Positions 49,112 through 59,177 of a stretch of 64,000 bases of DNA are shown one piece after another (positions within the stretch are counted from its first letter, which is position 1; each line of letters starts with the position of its first letter). Below the pieces are notes generated by a model. The model saw nothing but the letters and a program-made list of their open reading frames with translations. It was not told the DNA's origin and did no database searches. This DNA comes from Bacteroidia bacterium (GTDB lineage: Bacteria > Bacteroidota > Bacteroidia > Bacteroidales > UBA7960), in the NCBI GenBank assembly GCA_007695305.1, contig REEA01000106.1, positions 1,058 through 65,057 on the forward strand, written 5' to 3'. Both the position numbers and the translations under genes were made by a program.

Positions 49112-49260
49112 TTCATGTGTTTATAATTTGTCGAAATGTCGAAATGTCCGGGCTTGTTATGGCTATGAGCTCGTTCGATCTTTTTCTGACGCATCCTCGC
49201 ATCCTCGTTTCTTCAACGCCTATAAACATCCCCCTGTGTGTTAAAAAGTCCTGTCATGGG
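49112..49260 (+). repeat. Copy B of the ~150-bp noncoding direct repeat
   Basis: See copy A. This copy has an internal gtcgaaat duplication and two GCATCCTC units, where copy A has three related units. Confidence 0.8.
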
Positions 49261-49439
49261 TGTTTCATCTGTTGATCATTCTTAATGAATTACAGCATAT
49301 TGAGTGTGCTGTTAGACGATATCATCATGACGGTCAACTGCAAGGAATGGTTCATTACATGGTTTTACACCGGGGCAAAAGTTTCGGAGGATTTTTTGAC
49401 TTTTTTCCTTATGATAGCTTCTTATTCAATGAAAAGAAG

Positions 49440-49447
49440 TATCTTTG
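49440..49447 (+). promoter_or_regulatory. Candidate -7 promoter box for rplY-pth
   Basis: The sequence tatctttg lies about 70 nt upstream of the ATG at 49518. Confidence 0.35.
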
Positions 49448-49517
49448 CCAGCTGATTTTTTTTCGGGGTTCACTGTCTGAACCTCTTTATATTCAAACAT
49501 TTTAACCTGATTTATTC

Positions 49518-50183
49518 ATGAAAAAAGTATCTGTGAGCGGTTCTCTGCGTGAGAACGTAGGGAAAAAAGATGCGAAAAGGCTACGCAGGGAAGGTAATGT
49601 TCCTTGTGTTGTTTACGGGGGGAAAGAGCAAATCCAGTTTTTCACTTCCGAAAAAAGCTTCAAGGACATTGTTTACACGCCTGATGCCTGCATTGTAAAG
49701 TTATCCATTGATGGCAAAACAATGGAAGCGGTTTTACAGGATATTCAGTTTCATCCTGTAACTGATCGTATATTGCATGCTGATTTTCTGGAAATATTTT
49801 CTGACAAGCCTGTTAAGATGGCTATACCCATCAAGATCAAAGGCAGCAGTCCTGGTGTTATTGCTGGTGGCAAGATGCTTATCAAGCGGCGCAGACTGAA
49901 TGTATTGGCGCTTCCCGAGAATCTGCCGGCAGAGATAGATGTTGACATTTCTGCTCTTGAGATTGGTGATTCCATGGTTGTTGGTGAGTTGTCGGTGGAC
50001 AATATGGAGTTTGTTGACCCGGAGAATTCGGTTGTTGTTCTCATTAAGTCTGCGAGGGCGGCTATGATGGCGCCGGTGGATATTGATGAGGATGAAGAAG
50101 TTGCAGAGGTTGAAGGAGAAGAAGGTGTTGGAGAAGGTGATGCGCCTGCTGCTGAAGGAGGAGAAGCTCCCAAGGAAGAATAA
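49518..50183 (+). CDS. rplY: 50S ribosomal protein L25 / general stress protein Ctc (long form)
   Basis: The 221-aa protein has an L25 N-terminal domain (RREGNVPCVVYGG), the Ctc C-terminal domain and an acidic tail. Confidence 0.9.
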   Translation: MKKVSVSGSLRENVGKKDAKRLRREGNVPCVVYGGKEQIQFFTSEKSFKDIVYTPDACIVKLSIDGKTMEAVLQDIQFHPVTDRILHADFLEIFSDKPVKMAIPIKIKGSSPGVIAGGKMLIKRRRLNVLALPENLPAEIDVDISALEIGDSMVVGELSVDNMEFVDPENSVVVLIKSARAAMMAPVDIDEDEEVAEVEGEEGVGEGDAPAAEGGEAPKEE

Positions 50184-50252
50184 CAAACGATTTTTTATTT
50201 TTTTTGGAAGCCCGGGTAATTCTTTGCCCGGGCTAAACTTATAGATCAACTG

Positions 50253-50816
50253 ATGAAATATTTGATTGCCGGGTTGGGGAATATCGGTCCGGAGTATGCT
50301 GAAACGCGTCACAACATTGGTTTTATGGTTGTTGACAAGCTGGCTTCGCAGCGTGAAGTGCTTTTTGAGCCAGCAAGATATGGTGATATGGCGACATTTC
50401 GTTTCAAGGGCCGGATATTTTATTTGTTGAAGCCATCGACCTATATGAACCGGAGTGGTCGTCCTGTATTGTATTGGTTGAACAAGGAGAAGATTGAGCT
50501 GGAGAATTTGCTGGTTATCGCTGATGATGTGGCTTTGCCTCCGGGTGTTTTGCGAATGCGCGCCAAAGGTGGAGCCGGTGGTCACAATGGTTTGTCAGAT
50601 ATTATTGACAATCTGGGCACGAACCAATTCGCCCGTTTGCGCTTTGGGATTGGGGACAATTACCCGCCGGGCTTTCAGTCGCAGTATGTTTTGGGCAAAT
50701 GGACTGAGGAAGAGAACGAGATCATAATACCAAGCATTGAATTGGCTGCCGAAATGGTAATCAGCTTTGGTTTGCAGGGTGTTGGGAGAACGATGAATCA
50801 ATATAACCGCCGTTGA
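50253..50816 (+). CDS. pth: Peptidyl-tRNA hydrolase
   Basis: The 187-aa protein has the motifs MKYLIAGLGNIGPEYAETRHNIGF and GGHNGL. Confidence 0.9.
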   Translation: MKYLIAGLGNIGPEYAETRHNIGFMVVDKLASQREVLFEPARYGDMATFRFKGRIFYLLKPSTYMNRSGRPVLYWLNKEKIELENLLVIADDVALPPGVLRMRAKGGAGGHNGLSDIIDNLGTNQFARLRFGIGDNYPPGFQSQYVLGKWTEEENEIIIPSIELAAEMVISFGLQGVGRTMNQYNRR

Positions 50817-50926
50817 AAAGGCAGGAAGAAAATTCTCTTTGTTACGATTTGGATTTACCTTGGCCACGGCGACCAATTACAATACTTCTCCAGCTGCCTG
50901 AAACCCGACAGATAAACGGATTTTGA

Positions 50927-51592
50927 TCAGAGCAGATCATCAATAAACTTCTGTTCCCTGGCACGTCCTTCATTGTAAAGTTTGATCCAGGAAAGCAATC
51001 CCATGATGGCAAGTACCAGGAAAACAGAAAACTGAAAGCTGGTGAATACCAACCCTTTAACAAAGTATAGTGGGATGGAGATGATGTTGCCGATAATCCA
51101 GTAAATCCAGTTTTCGATTTTTTTCCGGGCCATATACCACATGCCAATCAGGAAAACAGATGTGGTAAATGAGTCAACATATGGGATATATGATTCCATG
51201 TAAGCGCTATCGTCTTTTTTAAAAACATATATCAGGGCAAAAATTACCACATACAGAACAGGGATAAGTGCTATACCTATTGCCTGTTGTTGTTTCGTGT
51301 TCCATCTGATCGGCCTGACCCTCTTTTGGTCGTCTTTTCTTGTCCACACATACCATCCATAAATGCTCATGCTGGTATAGAAAATGTTGATTCCCATATC
51401 GGCATACAACTGGATATTGAAGCAGATATACACGTAGATAACGGTACTGACAATACCTGTAGGGTAAACGAGGAGGTTTGCCTGGCGGGCGAACCAGACG
51501 CTCATGATGCCGAATAGTACGGCAATAAGCTCCAGCCAGGTGGTTTCCATTACATTTTCGTAAAACAGCTGAAAGAATGTATTGAGAATCAT
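50927..51592 (-). CDS. pnuC: Nicotinamide riboside transporter PnuC family
   Basis: The 221-aa protein has about seven transmembrane segments and Trp-rich PnuC-type motifs (GIMSVWFARQ..., WIYWIIGNI). Confidence 0.75.
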   Translation of the reverse strand: MILNTFFQLFYENVMETTWLELIAVLFGIMSVWFARQANLLVYPTGIVSTVIYVYICFNIQLYADMGINIFYTSMSIYGWYVWTRKDDQKRVRPIRWNTKQQQAIGIALIPVLYVVIFALIYVFKKDDSAYMESYIPYVDSFTTSVFLIGMWYMARKKIENWIYWIIGNIISIPLYFVKGLVFTSFQFSVFLVLAIMGLLSWIKLYNEGRAREQKFIDDLL

Positions 51593-51700
51593 GATGGTTG
51601 TTTCCCGTTTTAGGAATAGGATTGTTATACTAAGAGGGGTTAGCAGTTTTTTGCCGGGTTAAAACAACAGATGGTTATGATTGAAAGCTTTCCGGCTAAT

Positions 51701-52939
51701 TCATTCATTAAGTCGGGCGAGTTCAGTAGCCTCTCGAAAAACGCGCATGAAGTTACCGGACCAGATTTTCCGGATGTCTTCCTTGCTGTATCCCCGCCGA
51801 ACGAGTTCCAGGGTTATGTTTCCGAGTTCCGACACGTCGTAGCAGTCTTTGAGAGCGCCGCCACCATCGAAGTCGGTGCCGATACCCACGTAATCGATAC
51901 CTACGAGGTTTACTACATGATCCACATGGTCAACGAGGTCGGCGACGGTGGCCATGGGAGCGGGGTATTTACTGTTGGTTGCCCACCATTCTTCCCGGGC
52001 CCTATCCATTTCTTCGTCGGAGAGGTCCTGAAAGTTGTTCCATTTTTCGCGCAATTCTGCGAAAGCTTTTTCGCGCTCGGGGCTTTGTTCGAGGGTTTTC
52101 ACGTAAGCACTGAGCACACAAAGCTGCAACACTCCCCCATTTTCGGCCAGTGCGATGATCATATCGTCGTCGAGATTTCTGGGGTGATCACAAATTGCTC
52201 TTGCGTTTGAGTGGGATGCTATCACGGGTGCGGATGTTACTTTCAGCACGTCATAGAAAGCTTCGTCGGAAATGTGGCTTACATCGACCATCATTCCGAG
52301 CCGGTTCAATTCTTTTACTACCTGAACCCCAAACTCTGACAAACCATTGTGGAGGGGTGGGGCGGAATCGGTGGAGGCGTCGCAAACCTGGTTATGTCTT
52401 GAATGGGATAACCCCATGTATCGGCTTCCAAGTTCGAAATATGTTTGCAGGAGGCTCAAGTCTTTACCAATGGGATAAGCATTTTCGTTTCCGATGTAAA
52501 TGGCGAACCGCCCTTCGTCGCGGAGGCGATAGGCATCGTCCGGTGTTAATGCCAGGCCGGCCACATCCTGATGCTCATCAAGCATATCATGGATAAGGTT
52601 AAAAATACCCAGTGCTCTTTGGTGGTTTTGTTCATATGCTTCGGGAGTGAGCGCACCCTGGCCGAGAAATACGGCAAAAAACACTGCATCCAGGCCGCCT
52701 TCTTCCATGCGTGGAAAATCCAGTTTTCCTCCACGGTCATGGGGATCGTTTCGCTCACCGATGTTAAAACCTTCTCTCATCAACATTAATGGTGTGTCCA
52801 CATGGGAGTCGAGTGTCAGTACTTCAGCATGTATAGCTGCAGCTTTATTCTTTAGCCGTTCTTCAGGAGATGTGCAAGCGTTGAAAAAATAAAGTGAGAA
52901 AAAAAGAAAAACAAAGTACAGAGGAGCCATTTTTTTCAT
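51701..52939 (-). CDS. Membrane (M19 family) dipeptidase, lipoprotein
   Basis: It has a lipobox (FFNAC-TS), an HxD zinc motif (DSHVDTP) and a later GIDYVGIGTDFDG motif typical of renal-dipeptidase-family enzymes. The ATG at 52939 is preferred. Confidence 0.8.
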   Translation of the reverse strand: MKKMAPLYFVFLFFSLYFFNACTSPEERLKNKAAAIHAEVLTLDSHVDTPLMLMREGFNIGERNDPHDRGGKLDFPRMEEGGLDAVFFAVFLGQGALTPEAYEQNHQRALGIFNLIHDMLDEHQDVAGLALTPDDAYRLRDEGRFAIYIGNENAYPIGKDLSLLQTYFELGSRYMGLSHSRHNQVCDASTDSAPPLHNGLSEFGVQVVKELNRLGMMVDVSHISDEAFYDVLKVTSAPVIASHSNARAICDHPRNLDDDMIIALAENGGVLQLCVLSAYVKTLEQSPEREKAFAELREKWNNFQDLSDEEMDRAREEWWATNSKYPAPMATVADLVDHVDHVVNLVGIDYVGIGTDFDGGGALKDCYDVSELGNITLELVRRGYSKEDIRKIWSGNFMRVFREATELARLNE

Positions 52940-53085
52940 GACGGGGTTATGAATTTTAGTGAAACAAGGCGGTAAAAATACACATTTTCTTTCATTAGCC
53001 TGTTCAACAGATTGGGGAAGACACATTGGAGAAATTATTCTATTTAACCTTGCGGGTATTGATCAGCCGTGAAGAGGTGCTTGGC

Positions 53086-55179
53086 TTATTTTTTTTCTAT
53101 TTTGAATGTTTGGAGGCTTCTTTTGTGCTGAAGAAATTCCAGTAAATAATATCCCTTTGGGAAATGTGTCATGCTGATTTTTTGCGGATTTTGTCTGATC
53201 GGGGCAACAAGCATTAACCGGCCATTCATGTCATATATGCGGCAGTGCAGATCATCAAACAGATATGTGTTGTTCTGTAGCGCGATGACCAGATGATTTG
53301 TTACCGGATTGGGATACACATTAAAGGAAATTGCATAATGAAGCTCATGATTGCTGAGTGTTGTAGCGAATTCGACATGTATTTCATGTTCGCCGGTAAC
53401 GTTTTCAAAATGAAAGGAGAAGCTTTCCTGCCCGTGGGCGACATGAATGATTATGCCATCCACTATGAGGCTGTCAATATAGTAGAGATCATCTGCGAGA
53501 ATGTCGAAAACCTGGTCATCACCATAACCGACAAAGATGGTGCCTTCGGGAACGATGCTGCCATTATTGCCGGCTGAGGCATGAATGATTCCAAAGCCCA
53601 TGTCGCCGGTATGTTCTACCTCATTTGAGGGATCAGATTCGCCATTTTCGTAAACGGCTGTAGCATAATAGAGGTAGTTGACACCATGTTCGATGTTATA
53701 GTCGTAGTATTCTGTTTCGGACACCAGTTGGGGGTTTATGAGTTGATGATCGCGGTAAATGTTGTATCCCAGTGGGTTTGCATTCTGTGGGGCATCCCAT
53801 AACAGTTCAATGACACCGCCGCCGGGAACAGACTGTGCTGTCAGGTTTTCCGGTGGGGGGAGGCAGGGCTGTTCTTCCCAGAGCACATCGTCCACAAAAA
53901 CAGGTCTCATGTTGGACGAGGTGCCATGCTTGAAGGCGATATATACGTGGTCTTCGGGGGCATTTTCGAACGTAAAGGTGTGTTGTTCGTAATCGGCAAG
54001 TGACGTGATTGTAGCATAGGCCACAAAAGTATTGTGGTCACTTGCATCTGACATGCTTCCAATGATCAGGGGTTCCGGAAATACGGCCACCTTGGTCCAG
54101 AAACTCAGTTGCCCGTTATGCAGCCCGGCCAGTTCGGGGGTTATAAGCATGATGATATCATCGGTGGTGGCATTGAACAGTCGTGCTGCATGTTCACCTG
54201 AGAAGGCGTGATTGTAAAACTGGCCGGCCTGATAAATGGTAACTCCGGCTGATCCACCTGTGGATTGAACAATGGATGACCAGCCCGGTGGCAGTTCGGC
54301 GGAAGCTTCAAAGTCTTCGAAAAACCCGGTTACGGCTTCATAAGCTTGCCCATTCAGTGAAATCACATTATTGCCGGTAAATTCACCATCAATAAGCAGT
54401 ATAAGGTCCTGTGCAAAGATTCCGCCATGGTCGGGGTTGAACAAGATTGATAGTGTATCGGAATAACCCGGTGCAATGGTACCGCTAAAATCCGCGTAAA
54501 ATGGCGGTTCCACTAATGTTTCGGTAATTGTAAGGGTTGCACCTCCCAGGTTTGTAATGATAACTGTGGTTTCGGCTGTTTCGTTCACGGATATGGTGCC
54601 AAAGTTATGGTTTTGCTTGCTCAGGCTGATTTCCGGCACAGCTTCCATTTCTTCCACTTTGATGTCGTCCATGTAGATGCTTCCATTGTTTTGGCTGTCA
54701 AAAATGTGCCATCCAAAGTGGACGGTTTTTTGCTCCACAGTGTTGATGATGGCAAAGCCTTCCTGGTAGGTGGTGTTGACAACATTTTCGTTGAGATATA
54801 ATTGGGTTTGCATAGATTGGGAAGACTGTTCTGCACCCATCATAACTTTTATTTTCTGGGGGCTGAATGAAGTCCGGTAGTAGAAGCTAACACGATAGGA
54901 CATGCCGGCATCCAGTGAAACTTCAGGAGAAATCAGCCATTCATCCTTGGGTTGCCAATCGCCGAATACGGCAACACAATTTGGCGGTGAGTAGGCAAAA
55001 ACGCTGTAGGTTACCCACGTGGTGCCTGTACCGCTGTTGTTCTCGGCAATCCAGCCTTCGGGCAGCACAGGCGGGCTTACATCATCAAAATTTTCAAAAA
55101 GAAGTGTGCTCTGGGCCATCAGGGATATTTGACAAAAGACCCATAGGAAAATCAGATATAGAAGCGCTTTTGTGTTCAT
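53086..55179 (-). CDS. T9SS-sorted secreted protein with two choice-of-anchor-J/MAM-like N-terminal modules
   Basis: The signal peptide ends SLMAQ. The motif FENFDD...LPEGW / FEDFEA...LPPGW occurs twice. The C-terminal ~80 aa (YPNPVTNHLVI...YDMNGRLM...GYYLLEF) match a T9SS type A sorting domain. Confidence 0.7.
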   Translation of the reverse strand: MNTKALLYLIFLWVFCQISLMAQSTLLFENFDDVSPPVLPEGWIAENNSGTGTTWVTYSVFAYSPPNCVAVFGDWQPKDEWLISPEVSLDAGMSYRVSFYYRTSFSPQKIKVMMGAEQSSQSMQTQLYLNENVVNTTYQEGFAIINTVEQKTVHFGWHIFDSQNNGSIYMDDIKVEEMEAVPEISLSKQNHNFGTISVNETAETTVIITNLGGATLTITETLVEPPFYADFSGTIAPGYSDTLSILFNPDHGGIFAQDLILLIDGEFTGNNVISLNGQAYEAVTGFFEDFEASAELPPGWSSIVQSTGGSAGVTIYQAGQFYNHAFSGEHAARLFNATTDDIIMLITPELAGLHNGQLSFWTKVAVFPEPLIIGSMSDASDHNTFVAYATITSLADYEQHTFTFENAPEDHVYIAFKHGTSSNMRPVFVDDVLWEEQPCLPPPENLTAQSVPGGGVIELLWDAPQNANPLGYNIYRDHQLINPQLVSETEYYDYNIEHGVNYLYYATAVYENGESDPSNEVEHTGDMGFGIIHASAGNNGSIVPEGTIFVGYGDDQVFDILADDLYYIDSLIVDGIIIHVAHGQESFSFHFENVTGEHEIHVEFATTLSNHELHYAISFNVYPNPVTNHLVIALQNNTYLFDDLHCRIYDMNGRLMLVAPIRQNPQKISMTHFPKGYYLLEFLQHKRSLQTFKIEKK

Positions 55180-55367
55180 GACGGAATCAAATTTGAAACA
55201 GACGACTAACAAATATATCAATAAATCCCGATTAAGCCAACAAGTTGGTGAGTTGATGCTTCGGTTGTAAGTTGTATTTTTGTTTGTTTGATCAGCGATA
55301 AGCCGGATATATGGCATGCAAGTCTATGGAGCAATCATTTATTTGTGTGCCGGAATAAAACGATACT

Positions 55368-56195
55368 GTGATGATTGAAAGTTTTGTTTTCGGGGATGTT
55401 TTGCCCACGGGAGTATTTAAGCTTCATTCCCGTTTCAGGCGTGTAAGCAATTTTTCAAGTGTCGACGGCGATATGGTTTTTGTCACTGATGATCCAATGC
55501 TGATGGCAGGTCAAGGCATACAGGTGGCGACAAATATACTGCTGGTTTCGGAAGCTGTGTCCATTACTAAAGAGTCTGTTACAATAGGAGACCGGATTAT
55601 TCACAGAAAGGATCATCCGGTTTATACATCATATGTCTCCTTTGAAGGTTTGGATTTTAATGATTTTGAGACACGGTTGATTCAGCTTCCTGAAGATCGT
55701 GGTTATTTGTTTCCGGATGATAGTTTGCTGTATGTTTTGGATCCTGCGCGGTGTCGGTTTGTTTCCGGAGCATTCGAGCGGAAACTGGCAGACCAAATTT
55801 TGGATGGAGCAGAGCATTTGCGTACTGGGCGGATGGAAAAGGGTGTAGCATTGTTGAGTGGTGCAGGGAAGGGTTTGACGCCTTCTGGTGATGATTTTTT
55901 GGCAGGTTTGCTGTATGCCATGCATTATCTTGGTTTTAAGAACCGGCTTTGCATGGACACACAGGCCAGGCAGCTATTTGACATTTCCAAAGGAAATAAT
56001 TTGCTGGTCAATTCCTTTTTATGGCATGCCATGAATTATAATTATTTTCAAACCTTAAAAAATTTTGTATATTCATGCACTCGTTGCGGGTGTGGTTACC
56101 GGGCATTGATTGATTTGTTGTCTGTGGGTGCCACTTCCGGTGCGGATCTGCTAACTGGTTATATTTTTGGTATACAATACAGGATCGGTATATGA
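55368..56195 (+). CDS. DUF2877 domain protein (AllH/YlbF-like)
   Basis: The 275-aa protein has the motif GAGKGLTPSGDDFLAGLLYA, which I associate with DUF2877. Its stop overlaps the next gene's start (ATGA). Confidence 0.65.
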   Translation: MMIESFVFGDVLPTGVFKLHSRFRRVSNFSSVDGDMVFVTDDPMLMAGQGIQVATNILLVSEAVSITKESVTIGDRIIHRKDHPVYTSYVSFEGLDFNDFETRLIQLPEDRGYLFPDDSLLYVLDPARCRFVSGAFERKLADQILDGAEHLRTGRMEKGVALLSGAGKGLTPSGDDFLAGLLYAMHYLGFKNRLCMDTQARQLFDISKGNNLLVNSFLWHAMNYNYFQTLKNFVYSCTRCGCGYRALIDLLSVGATSGADLLTGYIFGIQYRIGI

Positions 56196-57742
56196 CTACA
56201 CAGGGAATAATTAAGCAAGGTGTTTATTATGATTCGGTGACATTGATGACTGTCACGCAAAGAATCAATGCGCTTGAGGGTATTGTTGACTCTTCGGTAG
56301 TGATGGGAACCCGTGAGAACAAAGCAATTCTGGAGTCTGCCGGTTTGTTTGTTTCTGATTTTGCGGATGCTTCTGATACGGATTTACTTATTAGCGTTCA
56401 AGCGGAGAATTCAACCTTTGCCCAAAATGCGATGGCGAGATTGGAAATGATTCTCAAGGATATTTCCTCATCTGAGGGAAGTCATCGAAGGGATACGGCA
56501 CGCAGTATACATGATGCTGTTGAACGGCTTGAAGGTTCGAATCTGTCGCTGATCTCCATAGCGGGGCGGTATGCGGTGGCAGAGGTCCGAAAGGCGTTGG
56601 ATCTGGGTTTACATGTGATGTTGTTTTCTGACAATGTTCCCATTGAGGATGAGAAAAGGTTAAAGGAAGAAGCGAGGGACAGGGGTTTGTTGTTGATGGG
56701 GCCCGATTGTGGAACAGCCATCATTAATGGTGTTCCGCTTGCTTTTGCCAATGCCGTGCAGCGTGGCAATATTGGTATTGTTGCGGCTTCCGGAACAGGT
56801 TTGCAGGAGGTGAGTTGTATCATCAGCAACCGTGGTGCGGGCATATCTCAGGCATTGGGCACAGGTGGCAGGGATGTTAAAAAAGAGATAGGCGGGATCA
56901 TGTTTATTGAAGCCATGAAAGCGTTGTTTGAGGATGAACGGACGCAATGCATCGTGTTGATCAGTAAGCCACCTGATGATGAGGTACTTAGTCTTATTGC
57001 CAAAGAGATTTCCCGGACAGATAAGCCCGTTGTGGCAATGTTTATTGGTGCCAATTCTGAGAAGGTTGGTCAGGCAGGGGCCCTTCCGGCCCATAGCCTT
57101 TCGGAAGCGGCTTTGCTCGCTGTGCAACTTTCCCTGGGAAAACCTGTTGAGGATGTTCGAGCAATGTTAAAAAGTATACATGATGAAGTGGGTTCGCTGG
57201 CTAAAAAGTTGTCCCCGGGCGTTAAAGGCAGGTATGTGCGTGGTCTTTTCAGCGGCGGGACGTTGTGCCATGAAGCGCAACTCATTTTAAAAGAGCACAT
57301 CGGACATGTTTACAGTAATGTTCCCTTAGATCCTGATTATTTGTTGTCAGCTTCCGGGGAAGGGTCTTTTCACTCATTGATTGATATGGGTGATGATGCC
57401 TTTACCGCCGGCAGACCGCATCCGATGATTGATTTTTCGCAGCGTTGCAAAAGAATACAGGAAGAAGCCAAAAATCCGGAAACAGTCATTGTTTTATTTG
57501 ATTTGGTTTTGGGATACGGGGCACATGTATCCCCGCTTGATGAAATTTTGCCTGCAGTTACGGCAGCCCGCAGGCACTCTCCCGACTTATTATTTATTTG
57601 CTCCGTTACAGGCACAGATGATGATCCGCAGAACAGGCAGGCCGTTACAGAGTCTTTGCGGGAATCGGGGGTTATTGTCATGATGAGCAATTATTCGGCT
57701 GCTTTGCTGACGGGCCATATTATAAAAAACATCACATCATAA
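56192..57742 (+). CDS. FdrA family protein (AllF-like, succinyl-CoA synthetase alpha-like fold)
   Basis: The 516-aa protein has an N-terminal YYDSVTLM motif and CoA-ligase-like Gly-rich segments (GPDCGTAII, IVAASGTGLQE). Confidence 0.75.
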   Translation: MTTQGIIKQGVYYDSVTLMTVTQRINALEGIVDSSVVMGTRENKAILESAGLFVSDFADASDTDLLISVQAENSTFAQNAMARLEMILKDISSSEGSHRRDTARSIHDAVERLEGSNLSLISIAGRYAVAEVRKALDLGLHVMLFSDNVPIEDEKRLKEEARDRGLLLMGPDCGTAIINGVPLAFANAVQRGNIGIVAASGTGLQEVSCIISNRGAGISQALGTGGRDVKKEIGGIMFIEAMKALFEDERTQCIVLISKPPDDEVLSLIAKEISRTDKPVVAMFIGANSEKVGQAGALPAHSLSEAALLAVQLSLGKPVEDVRAMLKSIHDEVGSLAKKLSPGVKGRYVRGLFSGGTLCHEAQLILKEHIGHVYSNVPLDPDYLLSASGEGSFHSLIDMGDDAFTAGRPHPMIDFSQRCKRIQEEAKNPETVIVLFDLVLGYGAHVSPLDEILPAVTAARRHSPDLLFICSVTGTDDDPQNRQAVTESLRESGVIVMMSNYSAALLTGHIIKNITS

Positions 57743-57758
57743 AAACCAACATTCGCTT

Positions 57759-59177
57759 ATGTCGGCCAATCAACTTTTTCGTCAACCTCTAAAGGTTATT
57801 AACACAGGGATTGTAACTTTTAAAGAAGATCTTCACCGTTTGGGTGTTGATGTGGTTCAGGTAAACTGGAAGCCACCTGTTGATATGGATGCCAGTGTGT
57901 TACAGTGGTTGAAGGAGAATCGAGGCAAAATTGACAAGGCCAACAGGGAGGCTCTGGATATCATTTTAGGGGGGAAGCCATTTCTTGTTGGTATGGGCAA
58001 GGCACTGGATACTATTCCGGGCATGAAACAGAATCTGATATTGCACTCGGGGCCTCCTGTTACGTGGGACAGGATGTGTGGTCCGACGAGGGGAGCGATT
58101 TTGGGGGCTTTGTTGTATGAGGGTTTGGCCGGAAGCATTGGAGAAGCAGAGGCTTTGGCTTCATCAGGAGAAATTGTGTATGCGCCTTGTCATGAGCACG
58201 CATCAGTTGGCCCCATGGCCGGGGTCATTTCGGCATCCATGCCGGTATTTATTGTGAAAAATGAAGCTCATGGCAATTATGCATATTGCACGATGAATGA
58301 GGGACTTGGTAAGGTATTGCGTTATGGTGCTTATGGTACGGAGGTGATCGGGAAGCTGAGGTGGATGGAACGCGTTTTATATCCGGTATTAAAGGCTGGC
58401 GTTGAAAAACTGGGTGGCATTGACTTAAAAAACATTATTGCGCAGGCTTTACACATGGGTGATGAAGTACATAACCGTAATCGCGCGGCCACTTCGTTGT
58501 TATACAGGATTTTAGCTCCTGCCGTGGTGGATGCGGCAGAAAGTTCGGCTGCAGCTATTGATGTTCTTGATTTCATCAACGGCAACGATCATTTTTTTCT
58601 GAATCTTTCGATGCCGGCGGCAAAATGCTGTTTAGATTCGGCCCGTGATATTCCATACAGCAGTATTGTTGTTGTGATGGCCCGCAATGGTACTGATTTC
58701 GGTGTTCAACTGGCCGGCACGGGAGGGCTTTGGTTTACGGGAGAAGCGCCGGTGCCGGATGCACTTTTTTTCCCGGGTTACAGCATGGCAGATGCCAATC
58801 GGGATATTGGCGACAGTTCCATCACAGAAACGGTTGGTTTGGGAGGTTTTGCCATTGCTGCTGCTCCCGCTATTGTTCAGTTTGTGGGCGGCAAAGCGGC
58901 AGATGCGGTGCAATATACCATGGATATGTACGAGATCACGGCCGGAGAAAACAATGTGTATCAAATTCCTTACCTGAATTTCCGGGGTACGCCTACAGGT
59001 ATTGATGTTAGAAAAGTGATTGAAAAAAGCATCACACCATTTATTGATACCGGTGTGGCCCACAGAGAACCGGGTATTGGGCAGGTAGGCGCTGGTGTTC
59101 TGAGTGCTCCGGTTGAGCCATTCAAAAAAGCATTGAAAGGGTTAAAAACGGTTTGCGAAAAGGATCCAAAGAAATAG
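57759..59177 (+). CDS. DUF1116 domain protein (AllG/YlbE-like)
   Basis: The 472-aa protein follows FdrA by 16 nt. Its N-terminal region (VVQVNWKPP) and its size fit YlbE-type proteins. Confidence 0.65.
   Translation: MSANQLFRQPLKVINTGIVTFKEDLHRLGVDVVQVNWKPPVDMDASVLQWLKENRGKIDKANREALDIILGGKPFLVGMGKALDTIPGMKQNLILHSGPPVTWDRMCGPTRGAILGALLYEGLAGSIGEAEALASSGEIVYAPCHEHASVGPMAGVISASMPVFIVKNEAHGNYAYCTMNEGLGKVLRYGAYGTEVIGKLRWMERVLYPVLKAGVEKLGGIDLKNIIAQALHMGDEVHNRNRAATSLLYRILAPAVVDAAESSAAAIDVLDFINGNDHFFLNLSMPAAKCCLDSARDIPYSSIVVVMARNGTDFGVQLAGTGGLWFTGEAPVPDALFFPGYSMADANRDIGDSSITETVGLGGFAIAAAPAIVQFVGGKAADAVQYTMDMYEITAGENNVYQIPYLNFRGTPTGIDVRKVIEKSITPFIDTGVAHREPGIGQVGAGVLSAPVEPFKKALKGLKTVCEKDPKK

Noticed and set aside
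49260-49505. An 81-aa plus-strand ORF in the rplY upstream gap (and the 61-aa ORF at 49059-49244 through repeat copy B)
   Set aside because: It uses a non-ATG start (GTG) and has no motifs. The region contains the rplY promoter-like box. The ORF through copy B is not frame-conserved in copy A.
49734-50585. A 283-aa minus-strand ORF, plus a 140-aa ORF at 49751-50173
   Set aside because: Both are antisense to rplY and pth and span their intergenic gap. They have a low-complexity, Arg/Asn-rich translation without motifs, so they are shadow ORFs of well-supported genes.
51593-51700. A possible TPP or NAD-class riboswitch upstream of pnuC
   Set aside because: There is no CUGAGA/ACCUGA (TPP) element or other riboswitch-like conserved core in the 108-nt gap. 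The pnuC gene may simply be co-transcribed with the upstream dipeptidase gene.
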